The notes beneath the pieces are model-generated. The model saw only the letters and a program-made list of their open reading frames with translations, did not search any database and was not told the DNA's origin. The translations under genes and the position numbers were made by a program. Positions 34,401-48,639 of a stretch of DNA of 64,000 nt are shown here, one piece after another. Within the stretch, counting starts at the first letter, position 1. The number at the start of each line of letters is the position of its first letter. The DNA comes from Anthoceros angustus (Eukaryota; Plantae; Anthocerotophyta), in the NCBI GenBank assembly GCA_010909165.1, contig MU008159.1, positions 62,001 through 126,000 on the forward strand, in the 5' to 3' direction.

Positions 34401-36649
34401 TTTCTTTCCGCATTGGGCCTACAATCTTAACACGAACCTTGCTCTCTCTCCTACCACTTCACCCTCTTAACTACATCCCTCTCATACGCATTGTTTATGA
34501 ATTCCCTCATGCAAATGCAACATGAGTAATAAGGACCCTCTCTCTCTTCTCTATCGGTCCCCTCTTTATTACACCCCATTGGAAGTACAATTAGTTAATG
34601 TTTTTCCTATTGCTCTTCATTGCACTCTCTCTTCACAACTATTGTTAATGGCGCCCAAACACGGATATCACACTAACATGCTCATTAATTGTCTCTCATT
34701 AATTGTCTCCTTCCTCTACCAATACCATAATTCCTATATCAACCTTTTTCCCTACCATAGCTATTATTGGCTTGTATACTAATTGTTTATGGCTTACCAT
34801 AGCTATTATTGGCTTGTATACTATTTGTTTATGGCTTTTGCACGATATCTTGGTAGAGATAGAATACACATTACCTTCATACGTCGGTACCTACTTGTAG
34901 ATACGGATTTACCTTCATACGTGTACCTACTTGTAGGTAGGTATTTGTACATGAACACCGGATTATCTGATTTTTATTTCGATAATGGATATCGCACATT
35001 CTCTCTCTCCGTTTTATCTATTGCTGACCGCCTCCGTTACCTCTTGTTCTTGCAGTTGCAAAATCGTTTGACTTAACCGGCTTCGAACACGCGACCGCTT
35101 GTTCGTCACCATCTGCCTCCTCCACTCCACCAACGCGGAGTGCATGGACAACTAGGTTCCTTTATACATACATACCTTGATGTCCTGAAATTGGGAAAGG
35201 GTGGTACATGAGGACTAATCCCATGCTTTTGTCCGGTACCCATGAGCAATGGCGTCGTACGTTTCCCCAACCCGTCGCTAGTCGTCTTTTCACACATGCG
35301 AAACCTAGCAATCGTACTTCAACCCACACCTACCGGCAATTCGCTTGTGTCACAAAACAAGAATGTCACAATTGTTCATTCTTGAGTCATCGATTCGGGC
35401 AGCCACAAGCTTCTCCCTTTCGCCTTCACATCACCACGCGCCTGAACCACACATTCATCTAGATGGCGCTAACTCATCGAAGCCCTCACTTTCTTCCTAC
35501 ATAAAACTAAATCCTATGCTACTTAGGCTTCTTGCAGACACCCCTACACTCATTGGTTGTCCTCAGCGGAAGATTCTTCTTCTTCTTCCAGGTGTAGAAC
35601 CCGCTGTTTTCTTCCTTTGCTTGTTGGTGTCATGCTTGGTGCCCGCTTTCTCTTCCCTTGCTCACGCCTCACAGGCTCTGCATTTCCCACACATCCTTCC
35701 ACCTGGCTTCCTTCTTTTACGACCACCATGGGCTGCAACAAAGCACAGCAGTCAGTATTTCGCCCATTGCATCGCCATTTGCATGACATGTTACACATTT
35801 GCACTTACACTTTTCGACACGCTCCGTGTGATCCTCCGTGTCGGTGCCACCACTTCCACCGCTGTTGTCCCCCCTTCTTCCAGCCTGCCCACCAGAATCG
35901 CCTTCCCTCCCTCTCCCTCGTTGTCCCCCACCCTCTTCAACGCCTTTGCATGTGTACCGTCCTCGCCTCCCATTGCTTCCCTCTTGCATTCTGCCTCCAA
36001 GCATCCGCACATGCCACTCGGTGATCACATCACGACAAGCGTTGCCTCGCCCACTTGCCCTCTCACGCCACCGTCATGCCTTTTCCCTTACCTCTCCAAT
36101 ACTCGGCATGTTCTCCAAGCCATTCCTGCCCACCGCAGCTCCTCTACCGGCGCTCCCTCCCCACTGTACGAACTTCCTTTCAAAATCTTTCGCCCCTAGT
36201 GGACCAAAGGGATTGGTCCCTTGATCATGCTTTGCCGGCCTTGCGGGCGTTGCGGCTTCGAGGTGTTGGCCACACCCCCATTCTTGTGCAACGTCACCAC
36301 CCCCGCCCACGGCCTTCCTCCATGCCTTCGTTGTGACATTCGGCGGATGGAGCCATTTCGCATCCTTACCCTTCTCCCTCCATATCAATGCGCTTGCCTC
36401 ACCTTCTTCCCTACGTTGTGGTTCCTTGTCCGTGATGCACCGCAAACCTCGCCACAATCTCATCCCGGTCGACACGGAAACTCAATCTCTACCATACTCA
36501 CCTCTCCCTCGGACTCGTCATGGCTTGTCCACGGCACCATCAACGTCATCTTCGCACACACTAGCTCCAAGACACGCGATGGAAGGCCCTCCTCAACAGT
36601 CCTTCTTCATCCTCCACCGCATCAGCCTGATCCGCATTTTCGACCCAAC

Positions 36650-38160
36650 CTCCATCGCACAGGCGGCTGACAGCCATAAACACTCCTCCCCGCCCGTGGA
36701 GCCTGCACAATACAGCAATGACGTCGTCGAGTTGCTTACCGGCCAGCGCTGTGGTGAGTTCTCCTATCTCTGCCGGAGTTGCAGTGGTGGGGACGTCGTC
36801 CCCGTCACCCCGTTCTTCCATATCACCCACCTCAGCCTCATCCTCGCAATTGTCCTCGTCCTCGCCATTTCCATCCGCCTCGGAGTCGGCCGTCTCGGCC
36901 TCGGGCTTGCCCCTCAACCCGTCCTCATCTCCCACATCCATGTTCTTCACGGTGGAGGTCGGGAGCATGCCCTTCCTCCCTTGGCTCGCGTGCACCTCGC
37001 TCGCATTGCCGTCGGCATAGGCAAGTGGTCCCCGCCTCGGAGGCGGGATGGGCGGCCCCAGGGCGCACTTGCTGGGGCATCCATGCCACAAGGGCGGGGA
37101 CCGATGTTCGCTCATCCCGAGGACCAGCCACTCCACGGGAAGGGCCACCTGCCACCTGAGGACCAAAACCCTCTGGAGCAGCCAGAATCGCCATAGGAGC
37201 GGTGCGCTCCTCCCGAGGGGTTGATGGTGGGAAGCATCTTCCTTCCCATCCCCACCCTCGGCGGGGCAACTTCGGCATCGCCATCACCGCCTCCTCAACC
37301 TTGGAAGGGACACTTGCCGCCCATCTTCATGGTGGCGCTCCCAGTCTGTTGTCACTGCCACCCTCCGCCACGCCCTCTCCGCTGCCTCGGATGGAGCCGC
37401 CGGCCTCTATGGGTCCACCCAGTTTCCACCTCCCGCCCGTGGAGCACACTGTCTGACAATAGCGTCGTCGAGTTGCTTACCGGTATGTGGTGAGTTCTCC
37501 TATCTCTGGAGTTGCGGTGGTGGGGACGTCGTCACCCGTTCTTCCATGTCACCCACCTCGGCCTCATCCTCGCTTGTCCTCGTCCTCGCCATTTCCATCC
37601 GCCTCAGTCGGCCGTCTCGGCCTCGGTGGCTTGCCCCTCAACCCGTCCTCATCTCCCACATCCATTTTTCTTCACGGTGGAGGTCGGGAGCATGCCCTTC
37701 CTCCCCTTGGCTCGCGTGCACCTCGCTCGCATTGCCGTCGGCATAGGCAAGTGGTCCGCTTCTCGGAGGCGGGATGGGCGGCCCGTGGCGCGCTAGGGCA
37801 TCCATGCCACAAGGGCGGGGACCGTTCGCTCATCCCGAGGACCAGCGCTCCACGGGAAGGGCCACCTCACCGCCTCAGGAGGACCAAAAAACCCTCTGGA
37901 GCAGCCAGCCCATAGGAGCGGGTGCGCTCCCTCCGGAGGGGTTGATGGTGGGAAGCATCTTCCTTCCCATCCCCACCCTCGGCGGGGGCAACTTCGGCAT
38001 CGCCATCACCGCCTCCTCCGCAACCTTGGAAGGGACACTTGCCCATCTTCATGGTGGCGCTCCCAGTCTGTTGTCACTGTGCCACCCTCCGCCACGCCTC
38101 TCCGCCGTCTCGGATGGAGTGCCCGGCCTCTATGGGTCCACCGTTTCCACCTCCGGCCTT
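36650..38160. repeat. ~760-bp direct tandem duplication in acidic TE ORF
   Basis: 36720-37440 matches 37460-38160 (for example gtcgtcgagttgcttaccgg...cccgttcttccat...ggttgatggtgggaagcatctt). Confidence 0.85.
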
Positions 38161-38639
38161 CGCGTTTCCCACCGAGCCGTGACACTTCCATGACCACCGG
38201 CGCAGGGTCCCTTTCACTCGGTGCTTGCCCACCACCAGCCGCGCCGCCATAGTCGCCATTGCCATCGCCGCAGACGGACGCCCTCCTTGATCGCGCGGAA
38301 CGCCATCTTCACCGGCGGGTGTGTCACGGCGAGTTGAAGTCGGTGCGACTTTCGGATGCCAAATCCTCAAGTCCACGTCCCACACCATCTTTGTAACGCA
38401 AAGTCGAAAGCGAGCAGAGCAACCGAGACAAACAGATTGCAACCGCAAGGTGACGATTGAAAAGATGCAAGTGGAAGTAACACCGGTGACGGTCGCGAAG
38501 TAATAGGCCATGTCTCCGGATGCATGCGATGCAGCCGACTGCCACGCGCATGCCGCATTCAAAGTTTGCCACCTCATCGCCTTCCCTTATGTCTCAACTC
38601 CTCATTATAACAAGTGGGACCTAATCAGCGATGACCACA

Positions 38640-40250
38640 CTTATCACTCGTAGACATATATAGTCACCAAATTCGCACACACATTTCGACGGCCAAGAAC
38701 ATTCACGTCATTTCGAGGGCCGAGGACATATGCCGCTTGTCATTGCCCAAGGAACTATTTGTCCTTGGGCCTCGAAATCCGTCCATGTCATGGCCCATGG
38801 TCATGTCATGTCACAGCCCATAACATGCATATACATGTCATGGCCCACGGACATGACATGACCATGACATGCATATGCATGACATGGTCCAAGGAAACAT
38901 TTTCATTGGACCATGTCATGTATATGTCATTGTCATGCGCATGACATTTATATACATGCCATGGGCCAAGGACAAAGTTGTCCTTGGCCCCCATGAAATG
39001 TCATGGGCCAAGGACAACTTTGTCCTTGGCCCATGGTATATAAATGTCATGTCATATATATGCATATGCATGCGACGACATGCATATGCATGTCATGGGC
39101 CAAGGACAAAGTTTTCCTTGGCCCATGACATCCATATGCATGTCATGTGCCAAGCACAACTTTGTCCTTGGCCCATGGCATGTATATGTCATGGTTAAGA
39201 CCATGCCATGCATTTACATGTCATGGGCCAAGCTCAAAGTTGTCCTTGGCCCATGACAACTAGGCCCATCCCCATGCATGTTTGGCCACCTCATCATGCG
39301 CTCCTTGTGTTTTAAGTCCTCATAATAGCATGTCCTCCCAAATGAAGTCTACACCACACTCATCGCTATACATATATAGACACCAATATGTGGCACCTTT
39401 CCGTGGGCCAAGGACAAATTTGTCCTTTATGACATGAATTTACATGTCGGGCGGGGACAATTTGTCCTTGGCCCATGACATGAATTTACATGTCTGGGCC
39501 GTGGACAATTTGTCCTTCTGTATGAAAATTTATGTCTGGGCCACACCATGCCATGCATACGGTTTGTGGGCCAAGGACAAATGTCCTTGGCCCACGAAAT
39601 GGCGTTCATGTCTGGTCTTGACCATGCCATGCATTGACCATGGGCCAAGGACAAAGTTGTCCTGCCCCATGAAACGCCTTGTAATATACATGTCATGGCC
39701 CAAGGACAAATTTGTCCTTGGCCCATGGCAATTATATAAATGTCCTTGGCCCATGCCTATTATATATAAATGTCATGCGATGACATTTACATGCATATAC
39801 ATTTCATGGTCAAAGGAAAAATGTTTCCTTGGACCATCACATGCATATGCATGTCATGGTCATATCATGTCCTTGGCCCATGACATGTATATGCATGGGC
39901 CAAGGACATGACAAGACCGTAATATGACATGCACGCACATGTCGAGGCCCAAGGACAAATAAATCCTTGTGCAATGAGGAGGTCGCATTTGTCCTTGGCC
40001 CTCGAAATGCCAATAATGCTTGGCCGTCGCTATGTGTGAGCGAGATATTCGTGACTATATATGTTCGGCCATGACATGTAAATGCATGCCATGGTCAAGC
40101 CCATGACATGCATATACATGTCATGGCCCAAGCGCGATGTCCGTGGACCATGTCATGCATGTACATGTCATGGCGAAGGACAAATGACGGACATGGGCAT
40201 TTCCCAATCCAAGGACCATGACATGCATTGACTCATCATGGACCAAAGAC
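38640..40250. repeat. Fold-back array of GGCCAAGGACAAA..TTTGTCCTTGGCC palindromes and CATG-rich spacers
   Basis: Many copies in both orientations; ~38687-38780 is the imperfect reverse complement of ~39940-40030. Confidence 0.85.
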
Positions 40251-43149
40251 AATCCCGGTGACCACGAGACACGCCTGCGGCCACCCTTGTGAGGCACCTC
40301 GGTGCAAACGGTGCATCGTGGATAGCGTGGGTGTGAAATGAATATGTGTCATCATACCGGTCATTACAAAGCGTGCACTTGGGGTGGTCGCCATGATCCT
40401 AGGTCATCCATCCGCTGTTGCACCATTGTCAAGGTTTATACCGCATTGTTCGATGTACTGGCATCGTTGTTAATTATGCTTACCTCCCGAAAACCCGCTA
40501 CTCACGCCATCGCCGGGCGACACCACCGCCAAAGGTCGCCATGGCGACGGGTTTCGTGTGCGTGCCAATGCCTCCTGCTTGTCGCATGTAACCAGACCGA
40601 TATCGCAGATTCTCCCAACCGTAAACCGATGTTCCGGAGGCCACGATTGCGTGTAGAAATCGGCTCTTCTCCGAGATTTGCTTTAACTACGAACTCACGA
40701 TGTGAAAAGCTCCAGCTCTTGCTTAAGTCTCCTCCTGGTTTGAGGCCTACCGTGAACCCCACATCACCCTCCACCCCTCCCCACCCCTGCGTCTCCACCT
40801 GCCTCTCCGGCGCCCCCACCGCCCCGCCCCGCCCCGGCTGGCAGTATGCCCGAGCCCTCGTCCCTAGTGTCCACGGATGGATGCCGCCAGATCGTATGAC
40901 TTCGCATTCTACATCTTGAATGGGTTGGGCATACGGGCTTGCACTTTGGACACCTCCACGAGTCGATGGCCGTCAGGACCCGGTGGCTGTGCCAACCGTG
41001 TGTGTATCCTCGCCTTTTTGGAACCCTGCTCCAATGGCCAAGTGGAAGCCTCCCAACGCCTTGGAGTTCGTGTCTCGACCACCAGCCGCCGGATCTCGTA
41101 GTGGGGTTAGTTTGTGTGTGGAAGGCGTCCATGACCTGTGCCGCCCAAGGTGTCGCCTGGGATTCACCCTTTTCACTCATTGCGTTCAATAGTTTTTGGT
41201 TCCCGCATGCCGCCTTTTCCTTCCGTGCTCAACTATCTTCCTTCCAACATTGCGGTGTGTGCGGAGGTTGTGGGCCTATAGATAGGCACCGAGTATGGCT
41301 ATGAAGGATTGGACCGGCAGGCCGCGGTCACCGACGATGGCCATCAAGGACGATGGACGGAAGGTTGCTCTCCCGTCCATTGCCCCGGCGACCACGGAAG
41401 GTTGCTCTCCCGTCTGCCATCAAGGACCTGGTATGCACGGTCCTCGCTCCCCTGGCTGTTACCGTCTCTTCATAGGTACATGCTGGTGGAGGGAGGGGAG
41501 GTGTACACCTCGGAGGTCGAGGTGCGGCGGGTGTGTGGAGCGCCTTGCAGGGAATGTCCTTTCCCAACTGAATGTACACTTCAGGTGGCTGGAAATAAAG
41601 AAACGGCGCTGTGAGGTCTGGTTGGAATGGAGGGTATGGAGTGGTGCCCTCCATACTGCGCAGACACCAGTGCAACCGGCCCGCGACATTTTGTTACGTG
41701 GGTCATGATTGCCTTCAATTTCCGACAGTGTCAGCGCCGTGAGGATGGACATGAATTAAACAAAGGCTACTAATTCCGCACCTATTGCCCAAGCGTAAGG
41801 TCACCTCTAAAAGGAACCGAGTGCGGAATGTGTGCGATGCGACATGGACCCGTTAGGAAAGGAAGGAGTTCATATCCGCAGCGAAAGAAAGGACGAAGGG
41901 AGGTCCAAAGGGAAGACGAAGGCCAAGGGAGCGAGGGGCGACGTCCGAGGCCATCGCCCCTGGTGAGGCGAAGGGGAAAGAGGAAATCGGGTGGTTGAAT
42001 GCGCAGATGCGGGGCTCGCTGGGCGCAGCAACCCCTCAGGCCGAGGGGGACTCCACTGGGAAGAAGAGGCACCGAGACCGAACTGAAATTCTTGCAAAGG
42101 CTGCAGTCGGAGATGTTGTGCGTCTAAGTCGTCTGTTTTGGACATGAAGCTGCAGATGTGGAGGGTTCACATCGGATGCACCGTGGATGAAGATCCGTTG
42201 AGGCATGGACACGGGAGAGGGAGGACGGGCATGGCATGGGACGCGATTTGCAGCCATTGGGTGCGTGTCCGCTTTCCGGCTTGTTTTCGCTTGGGAGCTC
42301 TCGAGATTTCGAGAGCATGAGCTCCACGCTCGCCGTAGACAAAGTGCGATAAAGGAGGTTATGCACACTAGCGATGGTGGCGGCACGAAATGTTTTGCCT
42401 TTCATGCATTCTTGACACAAGGCATGACACCGTCAATGTAGGCGCCCCGCCAAACATATGACATTGAATGTTGCTCAAGTGGAGTCACCCACGAGCGAAC
42501 TGCTTCCCGACCGTTGTCCCCAACCCTCGATATCGACCGACCGTCATCCCTTTCTATCCCATCGCTCGCCCGGAAGGGCGAATTGGTGTGGCCGGCGACG
42601 ACGAGGCGTCCATCCGAAGACATCTCGGTGCTGAACTCCTCTTCCCCGCACTCACGCGGAGCTCGACGGTAATCCAAACACGGACCCAAGTCCGTTCCAT
42701 GCCACTCGATGGCTCGGGGTCGAGTCCGGCGGTGGCATTTGGCGCGAGACATGCGGTGATGTCTCGCAACGCTTGATTCTCGTGAGAACACCATAGGGTG
42801 CCGTCGAGGCTTCCATTGTCGACACATAGCGGATGCTTTAGCTCGCCGACGCATCCTCGAGCTCCTGTTCCCGAGGCAACGGTCGAGTCGTGAGTCCACT
42901 GCGTCCATGGTGGAAAGCAGCTCTTGCACGCGCACTTTTGTTCGAATGGGCTTCATTGTTGAAGTGCGGAAACGCCCATTTTAATCAAGTTCTTCCTCTC
43001 CGCTTCTTCCGCGTCATCCATGTCACGCAGGGAGAATGCCACGAGATGCGATGCCGTGTACATGTCGCCTTGCCGAGAGTGCGTCAGGCCGGGCCGTATT
43101 CCACCACGCCTCTCGAGTTCATTGCCTTCGCCAAGTAATGCAAGGGCAG

Positions 43150-46100
43150 CCGGCACGGACCATTGTGACCTTGATCGCCGCTCCATATGGTTCAATTGTT
43201 GTGGTTAATGGCAACCGCCCATGCAATAATTGCAGGACGATGGGCATGGGCAACCGTATGGTGGCCACCATGCATCCCCGCCGGACACGGTGTCACATAT
43301 GTCCGAGGGCACGGTCAACAGCGAAAGCGATGCTAACGGTGATAGCAGCGAATTAGACAGTTCGGAAGAGGAGACGGATGGTGAGGACTTGCCCACCGGG
43401 TACACAGTGGATGAGTTGTTGGCGGCAACCGACCTTGGGCGGAACGGAAGGGCAAGCGATGGGAGGACAGCGGCGTGCCGGGCGGCAGGTGAAACGCCCT
43501 TGTACCACATCCGCGAAGGGCATGTTTCGAAGGAAAGCAGGCTAAGCGCCACACTCTTATTGTTGTCTTGGCAATCAATGTATGACATCGACGCCGCCAT
43601 GACAGGACTTTTGCACTGCACCGATATTGCCACCGAACTCGCCCAAAGACATGTACGAGGCCAAGGCACTTTTACATGTTTGGGCCAAGAGAAAATCCAC
43701 TCGTGAGAGGGATGTTTTATAGGGAGAGCCGACTACACGCATTGCCGTAATGCGACACACACGGTTTAGGGAAGGGTTTGATGAGGAAGATGAAATACCG
43801 CGTAAGGTGCTTTGGCATTTTCCGTTGAAGGCACGACTGGCGCGAATGTTTCAAATGCCACATACAGAGATGATGACATGGTATGTGGGAAAGCAGACGG
43901 GACATGACCATCATGGTCGATACACCAGCTTGACAGCTCTTGATGGAGTAGACGGCTTTGGGGAAGAGCAACGAACGAGGTTTGCATTGTGCATGATGGC
44001 TTCAATCCATTTGGCCAGTGTCCGCAAACACATCCATATGGCCGGTTTTGTTGTTCGTGCACAATATGCCACCATGGGCCAGCACAAAGGATGCGAATGT
44101 GATTATGCCGTTGATTGTGCCCGCATCGCCAGAATTTCGATGTCTTTATGGCGCCTTTAATCGAGGACCTGCAGGACCTTTGGAGAGGCATGGACACGGA
44201 AGACTTCTCCAAACCGGTCAACCATCCAAACAGGCATTTCAAACTACGAGCAGCGATTTTGCACGTCATAGCAGATTACCCAGGCCTTGGGACCCTGACG
44301 GGATTGCAAGTGAGGGGGGCCCGTGCATGTGTTGATTGCTGGGAGGACTTGGATTCACGGTATTCTTCGGACTTGAAGAAAGAAATATATGCTGGTTGCA
44401 GGAGATGGCTTCCGCGACGGGACGGTGGATGACGTGGGGCTGGTACAATGGAGTGGCGAGTATCGGCCCCACCGCCCGCCATCTTCGTCGATGTCATCAA
44501 GATATGGCAGAGTGAACGCGACCGGCGGACCGCCATCGAGGCCGGTTTGGAACCCGACGAAGGTCGGCCTTGTTTGTAGACCTCCCATACTTGGCGGTTT
44601 TGAAATGGGCACCAAAGGACGTTATGCACGCCGAGAAAACAACGCCAAGCCATTTGGCATACGTGAGAGACCGAGATGACATAGCCTCACGGATGGACAT
44701 GGAAGCGAGTGGAGGGAAAGGGTGGTTATGGCAGGAGAGGATGGCCATTGCCCCGGCATATGTCCCGGTCGAGAGGAATCAAACGGGTTATTGCGGAAAT
44801 GAAACGCATAAAGTCGCCAACGGGTACGGATCTAACATAGCGAAAATCGCGAGCGCAAGGTTGGGAGCTGGTGCCATGGTGGCACATAATGATGGAAGTA
44901 GTCTTCCCTATTGTCCTCCGAGGGTGCATAGACCCCGATGTGTACAAGGCGGTGGTCAAGTTAGGCCAGATGTGGATTTGCCGGACAATACCGGGCCATG
45001 AAATCCAAGCAATGAAAGAGGAGGCAGAGGGTGATGTGCGATCCGGAAAAGCCCTCCAAAATGTTTGATATATCGACTCACCGATAATCCATCTAGTGGA
45101 CGAGGTAGTCGGTTTGACCGGTGCACACGAGGTGGATGTACCTCGAAAGATACCTTGGGACGAGGAAGCGGATCGTCCGTGGGGAGGCGATAGCGTTGGG
45201 GTACTTGAAGGAGGAGAGCATGCACTATGGGATGGCATTTTTGCGGCGTTATTATGGTCACGTTGGAGGGCTATGGAGTGCGAGCGAGCGAGAAGGAGAG
45301 AAGGTACTCGGTGCTGGGAGGCCGTACAAATTGGATGCCGTGGAGGCACGGCAGGCGCACACTTATGTGTTGTACCACATGGAGGTGATGCAGCCGTTTC
45401 TAGATATGTACGAGGAAGAGGTCAGGAGGTATGGTTCACGTGGAGACCGGCGAACTTTCAAGGTTTGGCTGCATGCGGGAAGGCTGCAGTGGGAGAATCA
45501 CCCGGCTATAGCCGGATGAAGTGCGCGCTATCATGGGCGGTCCACAGATGGAGGCGATAGCTCATCGGCATATGTGGAACAAAGCGCAGCGATTTAGAAA
45601 CGATAGAGGCGGATAGGCAGCGGGCACTAAGGGCGATGCAGTGCTTGCAAAATCTTTAATAGGCGGGGCGGAGGATGAAGGTTGTGAAGGAGGCGAGTGT
45701 TTTATGGTCACATCTGAGGAAATTTTCGTGCATACAGGAATCTGAGCTGTTATCTGAAGATTCGTTGAGTGCAGTGTGAGCCGAGTGGACCCGAGCCATC
45801 ATTACGGACATCGTACCTGGATTCGACCTCGTGAACATGGAGAGACTTTGCACATACAAGGTGCGCTCCATCGATGGCCCATTTGTGTGGCCCTGCGGTA
45901 ACCCAATGCATACCTACATCCGAGGCGATGGATGAAAACATCGGGTGGGCGGTGGCGGTTCGCACCGGCCACGGGATGGAGGTAGGAACCCATGGATTGG
46001 CGGAATGGGAATGATCGTGGGGTGAGATGATGGCGAGCAAGTGACGGGTTTTGCACGCATAATATGGCGGGCTTGCGACCATATTAATCCTCCTTGTATA

Positions 46101-46150
46101 AACGAATAAGCGTCGATTACCAGCCACAACACTAAATACCTCGAATGCAC
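43150..46150 (+). pseudogene. CACTA/En-Spm Tnp2-family transposase, frameshifted
   Basis: Fragments RKVLWHFPLKARLARMF, DGFNPF..SIWPVLLFVHNMPPW, FDVFMAPLIEDLQDLW, LRAAILHVIADYPGLG, DLPYL..DVMHAEK and HLVDEV..VHTRWMYLERYL are diagnostic of Transposase_21/DUF4218. Confidence 0.9.
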
Positions 46151-48639
46151 ATTGGTGTGTGCAGGTGGTGAGGAAGTCAATGAACAAGGGATATGAGTGC
46201 GAGGCGGCGTCCGCGCGTCATGTTTCGCAATTGCCTCGAGGCGCCATGGATGGCTCATATGTTTCAAATCTAAGGCCCGGCCGGTTATGCGACGAGGTGC
46301 AATCGCCGCAGGGGCGAAGGCAAGGAAAAGGTTGCCTAGGAGGGCCAAAAATTGCGGGAAGGGTGAGCATACACGAAATGGCGTGGGGACGGATGGGGTG
46401 GCCAAGGATGTCAACGTGTCACGGGGGGCATACCACAATCGGAGTCGTCTACGGTGCCTGACGAGAGACCGTAGGAAGGTGGAGGGATGAGGAGGGGTAG
46501 GTCGTCTTGTTGTTTCCCTCGATTGTCTTGGCCAGAGCCTTAAGTGCGGCTTGTAGTATTGCAGCATGGTCCATAGCCATGACACCATCCTATTTCCATA
46601 CCATGCCACTCATCATGCCACCACACACACTCACACACACACACCATCCTCAGTTCTTATCTACCTCTTCCACCTTGTGCCATGGCGGTATCGGCCCACG
46701 GCCGCATAAGCGGGCATGGCGCATATGCCATCTATCAAAATCCACAAAAAAGAAAGTCTTTCAACTACTTGCTATCAACTCGTAACCTTGGGCCCACATG
46801 GTTATCACCACCTCCACCTCACTGCGTTTGCAAAATGGCCCCATTAAGTTGGGGCTTGGATGGCAAAGCGTCATGTTGTAAGCACCACTTTGGCACTCTC
46901 AAATGCCATTAGAATCGTGTCTCGGAACATACCATCCCTCGGTTGTGGTTCGCGGTTTATCATGATCCATTCTCCACAGCTAATACGTGACCACGTCGCT
47001 CTTCCGGATCGAAATACTCATCAACATGCTTTGCCACTGTGTACCCGTTCTTTGGCTCGATGCCGGCCATGAGCTCTTCTTCTTCATCGCTATCTAGTTG
47101 GTCTTCACTCTGGGCAGCCACCCATTCAAACCATTTTATCTTGTTTTTGATGCCTCGGATAATCACCCACATTGTCGTTCGGAAGATACCAAGACTCGGT
47201 GGCTTCATCCATTCCAACACTCCACGTAATAAGCAACAAACACCACAACAAAAAGCTCGTGGGTGTCAGGTGGGCTTAACACCTTCTCTACATGCAGTGA
47301 CTTAGCCAAACTTTCGAGACTTCGTAAGTCGGCTGGTTTTCCTTGTGCATACATTAAGAACCCTTGATGGGCGGTGATCAAACACACGATGCATGAGCGG
47401 TGATGTTCAGTTTCGAAGGCCCCTTCACGATGGCGGGTCCACGAGCTTTGCTGTTCATGCCCCTTCACGCGGCTCAAAAGATCTCGATGATCATAAGGAA
47501 AACTCTCGATGTTGCAGCCCTCATGGTGTGATTCCATATACAGCAAAAATGCTTGCAGCTCCAGATATGTCTCGGGTCGTTCGGGTTTCCCAGGCTGATA
47601 CTTCCTTACCAAAGGTGTTTTCCATTTGTCTTCCCATGGCCTGTCTGGAAATTGTGGAACACTTGTGCTCATTCTCCGGAAGCATGACTTGCAAGTGTGG
47701 TCTGCTTCCATATCCATGTCAACCACACATGTTGTCCCCAATGGGAATCCCTCTTGATGCTCTCACAATTCGGAGAAAGCGGTGTTGTTAGTGTTGGTCA
47801 AACAACCATATGATTTGATTCACAGAAGACTACCTATGTTTGCAAGCTTTGGCGAGTGTCTTACTGTTAGTCAACACATGGCGATTGCGGCGGTAAGATG
47901 TCACTTGGTCTTACACATGGGTCGTCACCTTGCTTATTGCCTCTACACAACAAACATACCATGCACCCTCTGCTCGTGCTCACATCCAGATGCTTGATGC
48001 CATGACCACCTTAGCACTTGTTCTTCACCCCCAGTTCTTCTGTGATCACCGCCTTCTCACTTTTGTCACTTGAGCTGCCTATTATCCCTATCTACAGCAC
48101 GCTTCATGCATAACAATTACGATGACCGCTCGATCGTGTGCTTGACTACGATGTTCCATGCTTCATCGCCCTTCCTTCAGCTGCAACAACTCGCTGTTGA
48201 TGACCCGAATCAGGCCGCCTGTCCTTGCTTCTCGCACCCACACGGCGGTTACCGCAATTAGCTTTCTCTCTCACATGCACTGTGACAACCCCCTGCCGTT
48301 CACCTTTCTCGCACCGCTACCTGCAGATCGATGCACTCACACCTGTATTTCTCCAGCAAATTGCCAGGCCTTCTCCAATAGATCGTTGAATCCTCCAGTC
48401 TATTGCAGAATCCCCCTTCGTGCCCGCCAATCCTTTGTCCACACTTTTACTTCCCTTGTGCTCGCCAACCCGCATCGTCTCACAACAACCGTATATCGAT
48501 AAGGCAAACGGTTTTATAGACCTTCCCTCTTAGTGGCGCTCTTCCATGCACCGTGAGTGCGCGTTTACACAGCCCCCACTTCCTTTCTTCTTTTCCGTCG
48601 TGCATTTGTGACAAAACCATTCTCTCCGGGATCGCTTTC

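Noticed and set aside
34753-34835. 42-bp tandem duplication
   Set aside because: Only two copies in non-coding TE-flank DNA; no functional signal.
38750-40200. Palindromic repeats resembling a CRISPR array
   Set aside because: Eukaryotic context, irregular spacing, non-unique spacers and no cas genes.
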